Below are positions 12,403-25,112 of a stretch of 64,000 nucleotides of DNA, one piece after another (the first letter of the stretch is position 1; each line of letters begins with the position of its first letter). Under the pieces are notes generated by a model. The model saw nothing but the letters and a program-made list of their open reading frames with translations. It ran no database searches and was not told the origin of the DNA. The translations under genes were made by a program, and so were the position numbers. This DNA is from Lytechinus pictus (Eukaryota). The stretch is taken from NCBI RefSeq assembly GCF_037042905.1, contig NC_087263.1, positions 13,146,001-13,210,000 of the forward strand, read 5' to 3'.

Positions 12403-12680
12403 TGACGACTTGGCGAGATACTTTATCTTGCCATGTCGACATAATAACCTTATTATGTCGACATGGCGAGATACGTTATCTCGCCAAGTCGACTTATAAA
12501 AAGTTATATGTCGACATGGCGAGATACGTTATCTCGCCAAGTTGACTTATAAAAGGTAATATATCAACATGGCGAGATATTTTATCTTGCCAAGTCGACT
12601 TATAAAAAGTTATATGTCAACTTGGCGAGATATTTGGACTCTCGCCGGGCCTTGGAAACTTCGTATCTTGCCATGTCGAA
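12403..12680. repeat. Tandem array of ~37-bp palindromes, ~53-bp period
   Basis: Unit GTCGACATGGCGAGATA-CGT-TATCTCGCCAAGTCGAC plus linker TTATAAAAAGTTATAT. Four full units and two half units. Confidence 0.9.
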
Positions 12681-13833
12681 AGGGGACATTTTGATGATTG
12701 TTTTTAAAAATTAAAGAGGATTTTTATTGATCCCTTATCAAATCAGCGCGTGATGAAAGCTTTCGCAATTAAACCAAAAAAATATATGTATTTCAGAACT
12801 ATAAAGAAGTAATGAATAGTAACTTAACAAAATGCAAATTAACCCGCAGCTATATATATAGAGATGAATAGTCGTGATATATGTATCTGCCTTTGAAAAT
12901 GTAATATTTTTAAGTACTGTTTGCTGGAATTCTTGAAGAGAATCACTAATCACAAGTTGGCACGATTCATCCCTGGGTAAAGAATGCAAGATTCATTTTC
13001 TAAATGCGTTGGAAACTGCATTACCCTGTCATGTAGGACGGGAGTATTAATCACCTACAGTGTAGTCCCAGTTTTCTCAATTTCTGCGCCTTTATTCCTA
13101 CGGAACGATTTTATTTTTTATTTTTTACTGGGGGTGCTGATTTGACAAGCAAAAAAGAAGGGGGGTTCACCCAAAATGAAGGTTATTCTGGTCCCGAGAA
13201 ATTTGACCAAAAAAGGGGGTTCACTATATACCGTAAGGTTCGTTTGCATGGTCTAAAGAAATTTGACAAGCAAAAATAAATAAATAAATAAAAACAAAAC
13301 AAAAACAGAAAGTTTTTTTTGATTATTTTTCTATTCATAATATTCATATTCCACACATTTTCAAAGTACATTTCATAATAAATCATTTACAGTAGAAATA
13401 TACATCATCTGCATAACATATGCAGTTTTGAAACGTATACCAATAAAATGAAAAAAAGTGAAGGGCCCTATACTGAAAAGCAAAGCTTGTAAGATGTAGA
13501 CCTCCTATCGGAATTATATTCAAGGGTAAGATCATGAATAGAGCAAATAAGGCGGCAAAATTCTATAAATTAATATAGATATAAACACTGTAACACGAAT
13601 GTATATACACTGTTCAGAGAATTAAAGATTTTGCGTCCTGTAAATAGTATAGTTTTGCTCGAAAATACTGTTCTAGTTTTAGGTATAAGTGATAGTCATT
13701 TGACTGTCTAGTATTATATGAATGCAAGGTATTATTCTCATAAATTTATGCTGTAGAACATTAGGTACACTATTTCTATCTAGCTGATAAATGAATTGGA
13801 ATAGTTGTAAGTGGTACAAGTCACTGACTTTAA

Positions 13834-14427
13834 AGGGGAATCCAACCCAAATAAAAACTTGTTTTTATAAGAAAAAGAAAAATCAGACAAGTTGATAGGT
13901 GAAAGTTTGAACAATATTGGACAAACAACAAGAAAGTTATGAATTTTTAAAAGTTGTCAATATTGGTAATCACTATACCCATGGAGACTTCAAATTGGCC
14001 GCATATGGGATGTCATAGTGATGTAAGGCAAGGACTACTCTTCCATGTACTCCAATACATATTATGGCTAAAATGTCATTTTCCCCAAAAGTTTTATTTC
14101 AAATTATATTTTTCTTTCATGAGGACATAAAACAATATACTACCTGGATTATAATTAGATAACTGCCCCAGGGGAATGGGTACATAGGAGAAAACCACAA
14201 ATCCCTGATAATAAAGTACATGGCTTATGGGAAAGTTGTCCTTGCCCCTTGTCATAATTTACTTACCCAGTTGCCAATTTGAAATCTACATACTATTAGT
14301 GATCTCAATTTTAAAGCAGCTATAATTTTCTTATTGCTTGTCCGATTTCTTTCAAACTTTCGCCATTCTGTTAAATTTATTTTTCTCCTTTCCAACACAA
14401 CATTTATGGCCAAGGCTGGATTCCCCT
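13834..14427. mobile_element. TTAA-targeting MITE (Kolobok-like AG..CT ends), family A
   Basis: TTAA|AGGGGAATCCAACC ... GGCTGGATTCCCCT|TTAA, with long imperfect inverted subtermini. Confidence 0.85.
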
Positions 14428-16839
14428 TTAAGGATACGTTTCTGACTAAACAATTCATCCGTATGAGCTCTAAAGGGCATATTACATAATTATGTTATCC
14501 TCAGTACTTTTTTCTGAAGTAGAAATACTTTGTTGAGTCTCGTTTGAGAGGAATTTCCCCCACTCGGCTAGAATCCCATAATTAGGATACGGTAGAATCA
14601 ATGCGCAATATAGCATGGATAGCGCCTGTGCTGGAAGAATATTTTTGTTGATGACTCCAATATTTCTTGCAACAGTTTTGCAAATATTGTTGATATGAGC
14701 ATTCCACGTAAGTTTGTTATCAATAATAAGACCTAAAAAAAATTGTTGCTTGCACTTCTTTAATTTCAGTATTATCTAAAACCATTTGATGTGGCAAATG
14801 TTTTAATGAATGACTAAAAAGCATATGACTTGATTTTTTTCTCAGATTCAATGACAGTTTGTTGGCTTTAATCCAATCTCGTTACTTTTTTAAATTCTGC
14901 ATTCTAGCGCTCACAAGTGAGTGTGGATCATGATGCGTGTAAAAAATATTGGAATCATCAGCAAAGAGAATAAATATGGGAGAACATGAGATGAATTTTT
15001 CATATCATTAACATAAAGTACAAATAGCAGAGGGCCAAGAATACTACCTTGTGGAATTCCACAGGCAATTAAGTGGCCTTGTTGGAGATTCTGATTGATT
15101 TACTGTAACAAACTGAATTCTATGAGTAAGATAACTCCTGAACCACTGTAAAGCTGTCCCTCTGATACCGTAATTTGATAGCTTATATAAAAGTATTTCA
15201 TTATCTATTGTATCAAATGCTTTCGAGAAGTCGAGGAACAAACCTATACAGTATGATCATAATTGTCAAAAGAAGTAGATATTTTATTTATTAATGTAAA
15301 AATAGCATGAGTTGTATTGTGTTTTTCTCTAAATCCGAATTGATTATCAAATATAATACTATATTTATTTAGGAAAGCAACCAACGGTCCTTTTATATAT
15401 TATCCTTTCAAGATTTTTTTTTTTGAGAAAGAACTTAACAAAGATATTGGGCTTTAATTACTAGAATTTAATTTGTATCCCTTTTTGAAAATGAGTATAA
15501 CTTGAGCTATTTTAATCTTCTTTGGGACTTGGCCAAGCTGCAATGGCATATTAAATACAATGAAGCAGAGGATCAGCAAGAGAATGTATAATGTTTTTCA
15601 CAACTCTATTTGTAATGCCATCATAACCAGGAGTTTTTTCTGCCTTCAATATAGATAAAATCTCAAATAATTCTTGTCTATGAACCGGAGTAAGAAACAC
15701 TAAATTCTCATTTTGTTCATAAAAAAGTCCTTAAATGAATTTTCTACAGGCATAATATTTCCAGCTAATTTTGGGCCAATTTGAGAGAAATTTGTATTAA
15801 ATTCACTGGCTATAGTATAAGTATCTTCAACCATACTTCCATCTACACATAATTTATTAAAGGACAAGTCCACCCCAACAAAAATTGATTTGAATAAAAA
15901 GAGAAAAATCCAACAAGCACAACATTGAGAATTTCATCAAAATCGGATGTGAAATAAGAAAGTTATAACATTTTAGAGTTTTAGAGCCCCATTAATAGTT
16001 TTCCCATGTATTTTAAAGATCATTTTTATGTAATTGTAATTTGTCTGCCTAAAATCTCCTTTTTTGCTATACGGAGAGTAGTTATTGTATTTTTATAAGA
16101 CGTATTTCTTTACCGTGAAAAATCATTATAAGAATTAAACATACAGATTTTTTTTTCGATTGATAGACCTTATATCAATTTTGAAACCCATGGGAGTTTT
16201 GGAACACGTTTTTAATCGTAATTTTGATATTTCCTTAAAGGAACACAGGAATCTAAGCAGTCATTGAAATAATTCAAAAATATTTCAAATGAATCATGGA
16301 CATTCTCTTTAGAGTTATAAACATCAGACTAATCAGTAGAGCTTAAACTTTCCTGGAGGCGTTCAAAAAGTTTTATCACTAAAGCCGAGAAAATATTCTA
16401 TATTTCTTATCCATTTTTACGTGTGACTGCATTGTTTGGATATGGGTAAAAATAAGAAAAGTATCAGATAAGTCTGTCGTAACAATACCAGCTTTCGGAA
16501 GAGGCTGAGAGTATATGCAATGGCATATTAAATACAATGAAGCAGAGGATCAGCAAGAGAATGTATAATGTTTTTCACAACTCTATTTGTAATGCCATCA
16601 TAACCAGGATTTTTTTCTGCCTTCAAATTAGATAAAATCTCAAGTAATTCTTGTCTATGAACCGGAGTAAAAAACACTAAATTCTCATTTTGTTCATAAA
16701 AAAGTCCTTAAATGAATTTTTTACAGGCATAATATTTCCAGCTAACTTTGGGCCAATTTGAGAGAAATTTGTATTAAATTCACTGGCTATATAGTATGAG
16801 TATCTTCAACCATACTTCCATCTACACATAATTTATTAA

Positions 16840-17442
16840 AAGACAAGTCCACCCCAACAAAAGTTGATTTGAATAAAAAGAGAAAAATCCAACAAGCACA
16901 ACACTGAGAATTTCATCAAAATCGGATGTGAAATAAGAAAGTTATAACATTTGAGAGTTTCGCTTAATTTCACAAAACAGTTATATGCACATCCTGGTCG
17001 GTATGGAAATTAGGAGACTGATGATGTCATCCACTCACTATTTTTTTGGTATTTTGTTATGTGAAATATGAAATATTCTAATTTTCTCCTCAATGCCAAG
17101 TGAAATAACGATTAATTTTCCCCTGTACATGTGGAATTAGCATTTTTTAATACTATATAGTTCAGTCAAGTTGGTCCTTATTGTCAAATCTGTAGAAAAT
17201 GAAATATTGTATAATTCAAACAATAAAAAACAAAAGAAATAGTGAGTGAGAGACATCATCGTCTGTCTCATTTGCATGTCACTAAGTTGTGCAATAGCAC
17301 TGTTTTGTGAAAAATAAGCGAAACTTTAAAATGTCAAAACTTTCTTATTTTACATCCGATTTTAATGAAATTTTCAGCGTTCTGCTATTTTGATTTTTCT
17401 CTATTTATTCAAATCAACATTTTTCTGGGGTGGACTTGACCT
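16840..17442. mobile_element. TTAA-targeting MITE (Kolobok-like), family B; truncated duplicate at 15861-15980
   Basis: TTAA|AAGACAAGTCCACCCC ... GGGGTGGACTTGACCT|TTAA, with ~200-bp inverted arms. Confidence 0.85.
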
Positions 17443-19088
17443 TTAACAGCACTAGATTTGTTAATTTTGTTTAGAGCCCCATTAATAGTTTTCCCATGTA
17501 TTTTAAAGATCATTTTTATGTAATTGTAATTTGTCTGCCTAAAATCTCCTTTTTTGCTATACGGAGAGTAGTTGTTAGGGTATTTTTATAAGACGTATTT
17601 CTTTTCCGTGAAAAATCATTATAAGAATTAAACATACAGATTATTTTTTTCGATTGATAGACCTTATATCAATTTTGAAACCCATGGGAGTTTTGGAACA
17701 CGTTTTTAATCGTAATTTTGATATTTTCTTAAAGGAACACTGGAATCTAAGCAGTCATTGAAATAATTCAAAAATATTTCAAATGAATCATGGACATTCT
17801 CTTTTGAATTATAAACATCAGACTAATCAGTAAAGCTTAAACTTTCCTGGAGGCGTTCAATACTTTTATCACTAAAGCTGAGAAAATATTCTATATTTCT
17901 TTTCCATTTTACGTGTGACTGCATTGTTTGGATATGGGTAAAAATGAGAAAAGTATCAGATAAGTCTGTCGTAACAATACCAGCTTTCGGAAGAGGCTGA
18001 GAGTATATAATATGTTATCTGTAAGCGTAGCAGAATGATCAGGAATACGGATTGGTCTTGAAATAACAGACAAAAAAGTAGAGGATAACATTAATTCAAC
18101 ATGTTCAAGGAAGTCATTTGTTAAAGAGTGATTACTAGTCAAGAGATTAATATTGAAATCACTGGTGATGAAACAATTCTTATTCGTCAATTCTCCGTTT
18201 TCCAAAAGTTCATTAGTAGCAAGTAAAAAATCCTCTATACAAGAAGTTTTCGGAGGTCTGTAAATGACACCTGTTAGAAATTTTTTATCTTTTTTGAATT
18301 TTTACTCCTACAAATAAGGATTCGATGATATCATTCATATTTTCAATTTCATGTTTAATTGCATAATCAAATGAAGACGGAATATGTAATGCTAGCCCTT
18401 TACAAAATATAGGACAGGGCCTACCCGAATTACAGGGGGTGTTACATGGAGGATAATAATATACGCAGCACCCCCAAGGAAAATATTAGGGGTGCATAGC
18501 AATCTCGGCTCCCTCGCTTCCCAGGGCTGGCTATGGCCTTTTAGTCATTTTTTCGTTTCCCTTTTTTACGCCCCCTGGAAGTTGCGCCCGGGGCACGTGC
18601 CCCCTTGTCCCTCCTATAGGCCTATACGCCTCTGCATGTATAGGCCTACCTGCCCCGAGCAAGCCCTAGCAAAAAAAAGTTAACATAAAGGGCAGTTTCA
18701 ATTTTCTATTTTTATTTTCAAAGCAAAAAGGGGAAAAAAGGAAATCGCTGGAGCGTAATTTCATGAAAAGACCTTTACATTGACAAGTCAACCCGCCTAT
18801 CCGAGAGTTACCCTATCACTTCTCTCAGCCAATCAAAATCAAGCAAAGTTGACAGATCTGATAGCTTCGGACAAAAATGTTGATGAATTGCTTCCAAAAG
18901 AGACATTCAATTTTCTGTTTTGTCACAAAGCGAAAACAAAAATATACAACAAGCAAATCAGAAGACGTTTTAAATTTTCTGTTTTGTCAAAGCAAAAAAT
19001 AAAAGTCAATCGCAAATTAATATTTAATTTGCTTAATCTTAACAACAAAAATAAAAAAATAAAAATTCTAAAAAGTTATAAGATTTCA

Positions 19089-20191
19089 AGCGGAATCCAA
19101 CCCAAATAAAACATTGTTTTTAGAGGGAAAATAAAAATCAAACAAGTTGATAGGTGAAAGTTTGAAGAATATCGGACAAACAATAAGAAAGTTATGAATC
19201 TTCAAAAGTTGTAAAAATTGGTAATCGCTATGCCCATGGAGACTTCAAATTATCCACATTTGTGGGGGGGGGGGGGACGGGCACTTCCATTGACGAGTGG
19301 ATACCATGCGCGACCATTGGGTCTCGAAAAGCACACTTAACAAGTATTTTGCATATTCTCAAACTGCAACCCTCATTAAGTATTGACGTGTGAAACCCCA
19401 CCCTTAACAAGTATTGGAAATAAAACGATACCCTTAATATTGGCAAGTATTCTCTGAATTGAACCCCTATATCATTGGGTTTAGTACGGCCCCACCTCCC
19501 ACACCTCGCGCACATCGGACTCAAAACACGTAGTGTTGACTTTTTGGGCTAAAAGTACTTCCTTTATAAAACATTTTAGTCTTTTTTATACCCTCGTAAA
19601 TTTGACCCGATAAAAACGTAGGCCTGGCTTTCCTAGCGAAATAGATACTCTTTCATTATTTCAGCGTTTTGACACCCTTATTACGTTACGTACGTAACGT
19701 GCCCTATCTTGAAAAAAGACATCCCTTTTACGTGTTTTTTTTTTGTCGTGCATGGTCACTCCTCAGTGTAAGTGCCCCCCCCCCCGAGGGGGGGGGGGTA
19801 TTGTCGCAGTGATGTAAGGCAAAGACTACTCATACACTCCAATATGTCATATTAAAAAATAAGTTTTACTTGAAATTATAGCCCTTATAATCCAATATAC
19901 TATACCTGGGTTATATTTAGATTATTGCCCCAGGGGAATGGGTACTTAGGAGAAAACCACACATCCTTGATAACATGGCCTATGAAAAAGTTGTCCATAT
20001 TGCCCCTATATATTGTCATAATTACTTATCCTGTTGCCTCTGAAATCTACATAGTCTTAGGGATCTCAATTTTAAAGCAGCCACAACTTTTTTATATTGC
20101 TTGTCCGATTTCTGTCAAACTTTCACCATTCTGTTTTATTTATATTTCTCCTTTCAAACACAACATTTTAGGACAAAGGCTGGATTCCCCT
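19089..20191. mobile_element. Second copy of TTAA MITE family A, containing a nested TIR element (~19263-19798)
   Basis: Collinear with 13834-14427 and ends GGCTGGATTCCCCT|TTAA. The insert has G/C-run ends and TIRs GGGCACTTCCATTGACGAGTGGATACCATGCGCGAC / GTCGTGCATGGTCACTCCTCAGTGTAAGTGCCC. Confidence 0.8.
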
Positions 20192-20963
20192 TTAATATGC
20201 AGAGAAGAAAAAAAATAAAACGCCACAACTCGTCGCTTTATAGTTTTAACCCGGAGTTTTAAATGTTTGATTTATATATATCATGATAGAAACAAACCAA
20301 TGACCGTTTTTTCTGTTTAAAATTTCAAAATAAGAATTGGTTTTGGCTCAACATTTCCATTTTCAAATCAGAAGGTATGACCTTTATTCTTGTATTTCTA
20401 GGGGAAAGGGGGTATTCCGGGGGGGGGGGGGGGTCTTATTATGTAGGCGGATCCCGGGGGCGCCCTGCACCCTATTTACAGGCGAAAAAAGGGAAGAGAA
20501 AAACAATTAAACAAAGAAGAAGAACAAAAAACAAAAAAAAAAAAGAAGCGGAGAAAAGTAAATGAAATAAAAGAAGGGAATAATTGGAATATTCTAAAAC
20601 TTCAAGGTTATTTTATAAAAATTATAACTATATCTTGCTTGCTGGCCGAATTTGGCCGGAATGGTTGACCTTGGCTGGAAGACACAACTTATTACAGTAC
20701 CCACCGACCACCGTGGCGATCAAGCGACCTAACGTTAGACAGCTGAATTATGTCTCTTCGGATGAGTTTTCAAACATTTTAAAACTTTCTTTTTTATTTC
20801 TCCTCCTCAATGGTGGAACAAGACATACTGTAGTACAGTCCAGTTGAACAGCCGACGAATAGAGACTGGATTCAGCCCTCGGACTGTAAAAAAGTCTGCA
20901 ACCCTGCCAAATTACTGTATAGCGTATATCGGACAGCTACCTTTGCTCATCTCAAGGCCAACA

Positions 20964-20974
20964 GCGCCATCTTG
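20964..20974. promoter_or_regulatory. YY1-like motif near the presumed TMEM19 start
   Basis: GCGCCATCTTG matches the CGCCATNTT consensus ~90 bp before the ATG; motif match only. Confidence 0.3.
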
Positions 20975-21061
20975 CTTTTAATTGACCTCATGTCTTTTCC
21001 GAGGGAAGGACTAATGCGAAATCATAGTGAGTTTGACAGTAAGGGAGCTCGTTTTTTCAGA

Positions 21062-21158
21062 ATGGTGATCGTTGCAGCTACTGCCCTGATAGTCGTACCA
21101 TTTGCGTTGACGCTTTGGTGGATATCATTGATATCTTTTACATATTACGGTTATGAAG
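21062..21158 (+). CDS. TMEM19: Transmembrane protein 19, coding exon 1
   Basis: MVIVAATALIVVPFALTLWWISLISFTYYGYE, then donor GAAG|GTAAGG; resembles human ..LAFWIISMTASTYYG. Upstream in-frame ATGs (20990, 21014) make the start uncertain. Confidence 0.8.
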
Positions 21159-22284
21159 GTAAGGATAGAAATGCTCAGTCCCATATACAGCATTTTGTGA
21201 ATGTTAACTGTACTTTTCTCACTCATTCACATCCTGTGTCATTTGTGTGGTGAAACAAAGTTGGCATGATATTTGGCTTGTTTTCATAGACGCACGCCAG
21301 TCGCTTTATGAAAATTGCTGCCGTGATGCGTTTAGTATTTGTGGTCTATTATTTCGATCAAAATTGCATAGATCTACATTTTACTCATTTTTAGTTCAAG
21401 AGCTGCGATATCAAATTAAACACTTGTGTTTCCCGATATTTCCTTTTTTTTTTCTTTTAAGTTTTGTATTTCCTTCCCTCGTTTCTTTCTTTCCTTCTTT
21501 TTTGTCTTTCTTTCCATTTATTTGTCCTTTTTAATCTTTAAAAAATTCTTTATTTTTTGTTTCCTTCCCTCTTTCTTTCTCTATCTCCCTCCTTTATTAT
21601 TTTTTTCTTTCCATCATTTTTTTTTCATTATGTACGGTATGTTGTATTTAAATATTTATGTTAGACTATAGGCCCTATATATAATTATATCATGATTGAA
21701 AGATATTGTAAAATAAATGTATAGGCCTAATTATGAAAAAATAAATACTTCACTTTCCTTCTTTTTTTGTCTTTCTTTCCATTTATTTGTCCTCCTTTTC
21801 AATTGTCTTAAAAATTCTTTACTCTTTGTTTCCTTCTTTCTTTTTCTCTCTCCCTCCTTTCTTATTTTTCTTCCTTCTTTCCTTCATTTTCTTTTCTCTT
21901 TGTTAGTAGCTAAGCTACGAGAAGCATATAGCAGGCGGCAGACTCTATATGTGTCTCGTAGCTTAGCTACTAACGGAGAACAAGATGGCCACGTATATGT
22001 AAACATCGGAAAGTTTTTTTCCTGTCTTCTCACAATATCTTTCTTGTTTTTTTTTTAATGAAAGTTTGTTTAAAAATGAAATCAATAAATCTGTGACTTC
22101 TTTGTACTTCCCTGTTCGTGAATTCATTTATCGGGATACCGGATTCTGGCCGGCGCGACACCGGCAGATTCCGGAACAAAAAAATTCTGACATGACTCGG
22201 GCCTATTAGTAAGCTTTTTTAATGAAATAATTTTTTTTAAACATTTTGTTTTAATATATCTTCATTTTCTTCATCCCATTATAG

Positions 22285-22398
22285 GCCCTGTTTATCCTAT
22301 CAGCCCATTACGATGGCTTATCGCTGTCTGTGTCCCACTCTACATGTCTATTGATGCATTAAACCGAAAGAAATTGGACCGAGCCGGAGCAGTATTAG
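22285..22398 (+). CDS. TMEM19: TMEM19 exon 2
   Basis: GPVYPISPLRWLIAVCVPLYMSIDALNRKKLDRAGAVL; TAG|..|GTAAC; phase 1/1. Confidence 0.92.
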
Positions 22399-23338
22399 GT
22401 AACAATCTTTTAGTATTATCATCCAGCCACTTCTCGAGGGGGGGGGGCATTTCATGTAGTACATGTAAATAGTGAATGATTTTGATCTATTATTAGCTAC
22501 TGAAACCCTTGCATTTTATTGGCTGAGTGCAAATTAACCAGTGAAAATTACCAGACACTTCATGAAACACTCCCCCAGACAATACACATACAATCTTGTT
22601 GATGTGAAATGTGACCTTTTTAGCAACTTTGTGGGAAGGTTGCTCTTTCTTCAACTTCCCATAATGGTCAAACGGTTTTCGTTACGATGAAATATTCAGC
22701 AATGGTTTGAACGGTGAGTAAACATTTTTGACTTGGCCCTAGTATCAAAAAATATATTCAATAATTAAAGATATGCTACAGTACTTTTATAATACTATAT
22801 TTTATCCATTAAGACTTGATCATGTACGGTTGCACTGCTCATGTTTTTGTAGTATGTGTAATAGGTAAAATACATACAGGTGTCTAAATGGCAGTTTCAC
22901 GTTCTGACTCAGTCGTCGTAGTAAGAAATATAAACACGAATCATTCAATATTGGTATTGACATTGCATGTGTCTCCCGATTGTTTTCTAGTATGTAATAC
23001 ATGTAGGTGCTGTTTATTTTGTTGAAACAATACACGTTTTGAATGGGCCTTCTGCGTAAAGAACATGAACACCAATGATTTGTTATTCTGTGAAGTACGT
23101 AAACTTACTATATCTATAAATGCATTTCTTTATTTAATACAAAATTACAAGCACATCTCATGTGATTTTCACCTAAATTTGTAAGTTAGGTGAAATAGGG
23201 GTTCAAATGTGTTTCATTTAGTTATAATAAGAAATATGACCAGAGATAATTTGATATATTTGCTGCCTTGTACAATTCCTATTTTCTACAGTATTCACAT
23301 CTACATGTAATTTCATACACCTCTCTCATTTTATCCAG

Positions 23339-23476
23339 CGTTTGTAATAGGTGTCGTCATGACGCTGAGTAGCTACTCTCATTTCTTGAGCATGGCTGCA
23401 TTCTTCTATTCCGGGTCTAAGCTCACCCGATTCCGGGCCAGAAGGAAGCAAGAGCTGGAAGAGGATTATAAAGAAG
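23339..23476 (+). CDS. TMEM19: TMEM19 exon 3
   Basis: AFVIGVVMTLSSYSHFLSMAAFFYSGSKLTRFRARRKQELEEDYKE; CAG|..|GTGAG. Confidence 0.93.
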
Positions 23477-23487
23477 GTGAGATCATT

Positions 23488-23651
23488 GTGTCGGTGCAAG
23501 AATGCCCTTAACACCACACTTTCGCACATCGGACAATGCATGCGCTCAAAAACGCTGTTAGCTGCACGCATATGAAGTGCATTGTGTAAGGGCGTTTTTG
23601 CACCGATGCGGTGCGTGAAAATGTTTTGCTTAGGGCGTTCTCGCACCAACA
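23488..23651. mobile_element. Short palindromic MITE in TMEM19 intron 3
   Basis: TGTCGGTGCAAGAATGCCCT pairs imperfectly with AGGGCGTTCTCGCACCAACA. Confidence 0.55.
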
Positions 23652-23975
23652 TGACAAGATGTGGCTGGCAGAAGGTCATTTCTGTAATGATAAAAGCAGG
23701 CAACATGCTGGAATAAGTTTCAGACCGAGTTTACTTGCTTTTGAAATGTCTTTATTCAGGAATTGAGGGCTATGCATCTAACTAACTAACGCACTCACTC
23801 ACTGAATGACTAAATGAATAATTGACTGAATAACTAACTGAAGTAAATATATTAATGAATAAATAGATGAATGAATGAATTAATTAATTAATTAATGAAC
23901 ATTTATATAAATAATTAATTTAAAAGAATAATGAGTAAATGAATAAACAAATAAACTGACTGATATCATCTTTAG

Positions 23976-24230
23976 GTGGACAGAGAACATGGATTCAGGT
24001 CTTCGCAAACGGGGGACTTCCTGCACTGTATGCTGCCCACTTCATCCTTGACACCGGCTTCCAAGATCGCCCGCTGGACTTCTCACACTATTACAACTCC
24101 ACGTTCATCGCTCTAGGGGTGATGAGCGGGATAGCCTGCTGCAGCGGAGATACCTGGGCTTCCGAGGTTGGGAGCGTCGTCGGGATGGAGAAACCTTTCT
24201 TGATCACAACTTGGGAAAGGGTGCCAAGAG
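23976..24230 (+). CDS. TMEM19: TMEM19 exon 4
   Basis: GGQRTWIQVFANGG...GDTWASEVG...LITTWERVP, the DUF92 signature motifs; TAG|..|GTTAGT. Confidence 0.96.
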
Positions 24231-24896
24231 GTTAGTACTGGGATTGGTTTGATGACATTTACTTGTGAGAATTGCTCAGACAGAAATTCCACCCATTAAC
24301 CCTAGTCTGCAGGCACAGACCCTGATTGAAACTTTGATGAGAACGTGGGTCTTCACACAAGACTAGCACATATAAAACTTGCAGTTTCCATATCGGAAGG
24401 GCCTTCAGTACACAAGTCTTTAGGGAGTTTTCGCAACCGCGATACAGAATGCTTTCAGGAACATAGTGAATGTAAATTGTCAAATGCCCTTTATGACAAT
24501 AAAGTCTTTGTCAAGGGTTGCTGAATAGAAACAGCAGTTTCATCCTGGTGGGTCCGTTTCATAAAGCTGTTTGTAAGATAAGAGCGACTTTAAGAACGAC
24601 TGGTGAACCTTTCTTACATGCTAAATAAAAGGAGAGATAATGATCTAAATTGTTTTGATAACAGTCACAGGTGAAAGTTGTCATAATTTACATTGAAATA
24701 TCTTGTTCTTACCAAAACTGAAGAATATCACTAGACAAAGTAGATGGATACTTCTGATTATGGGGTCAAAAGGTCACAGATCACTTGTTTCATGCATGTA
24801 TAACATTGAAGGGAGTTTGTATTGTGTAGGCTGCAGAGGTCAAAATATAGGCCCTATGTGAAAATATAATGTATTGTTTTTTTATCTCATCACCAG

Positions 24897-25112
24897 GAAC
24901 CAATGGCGGTGTCTCTCTCGTCGGTACCCTGATGAGCTTTGCCGGAGGTCTCGTCGTGGGCCTTGGATACCTCGTGGGAATCTTCTTAACGTTCAGTCAG
25001 GAGATGCTACGTGACTCTCCTCCCCAGTGGCCGGTCGTGCTCTTCGGGGGCGTGGCCGGCCTGGTGGGCTCCCTCTTCGACTCTCTGCTCGGGGCGTGGT
25101 TCCAGTATTCAG
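24897..25112 (+). CDS. TMEM19: TMEM19 exon 5
   Basis: GTNGGVSLVG...PQWPVVLFGGVAGLVGSLFDSLLGAWFQYS; CAG|..|GTATTC. Confidence 0.96.

Larger units (their letters stand above)
13313..18400 (-). mobile_element. Decayed, 5'-truncated CR1/L2-group LINE (APE endonuclease + reverse transcriptase), interrupted by MITEs and a tandem duplication
   Basis: RT motifs FLDFSKAFDTID..ILLYKLSNYGIRGTALQWFRSYL (15044-15241) and FADDS (~14950-14965). APE motifs VIYRPP (~18250-18270), SDFNINLL and RPIRIPDHSATLTDNI (17909-18205). Stops and frameshifts present. A-rich 3' end near 13313; ends approximate. Confidence 0.88.

Noticed and set aside
12403..12680. CRISPR-like repeat/spacer appearance
   Set aside because: Linkers are 16 bp and nearly identical, there are no cas genes, and the context is eukaryotic.
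21247..22058. Phe/Leu-rich 'membrane protein' ORFs (also 4315-4642, 9899-10240, 34416-34788, 57369-57629)
   Set aside because: Translations of pyrimidine-rich low-complexity DNA.
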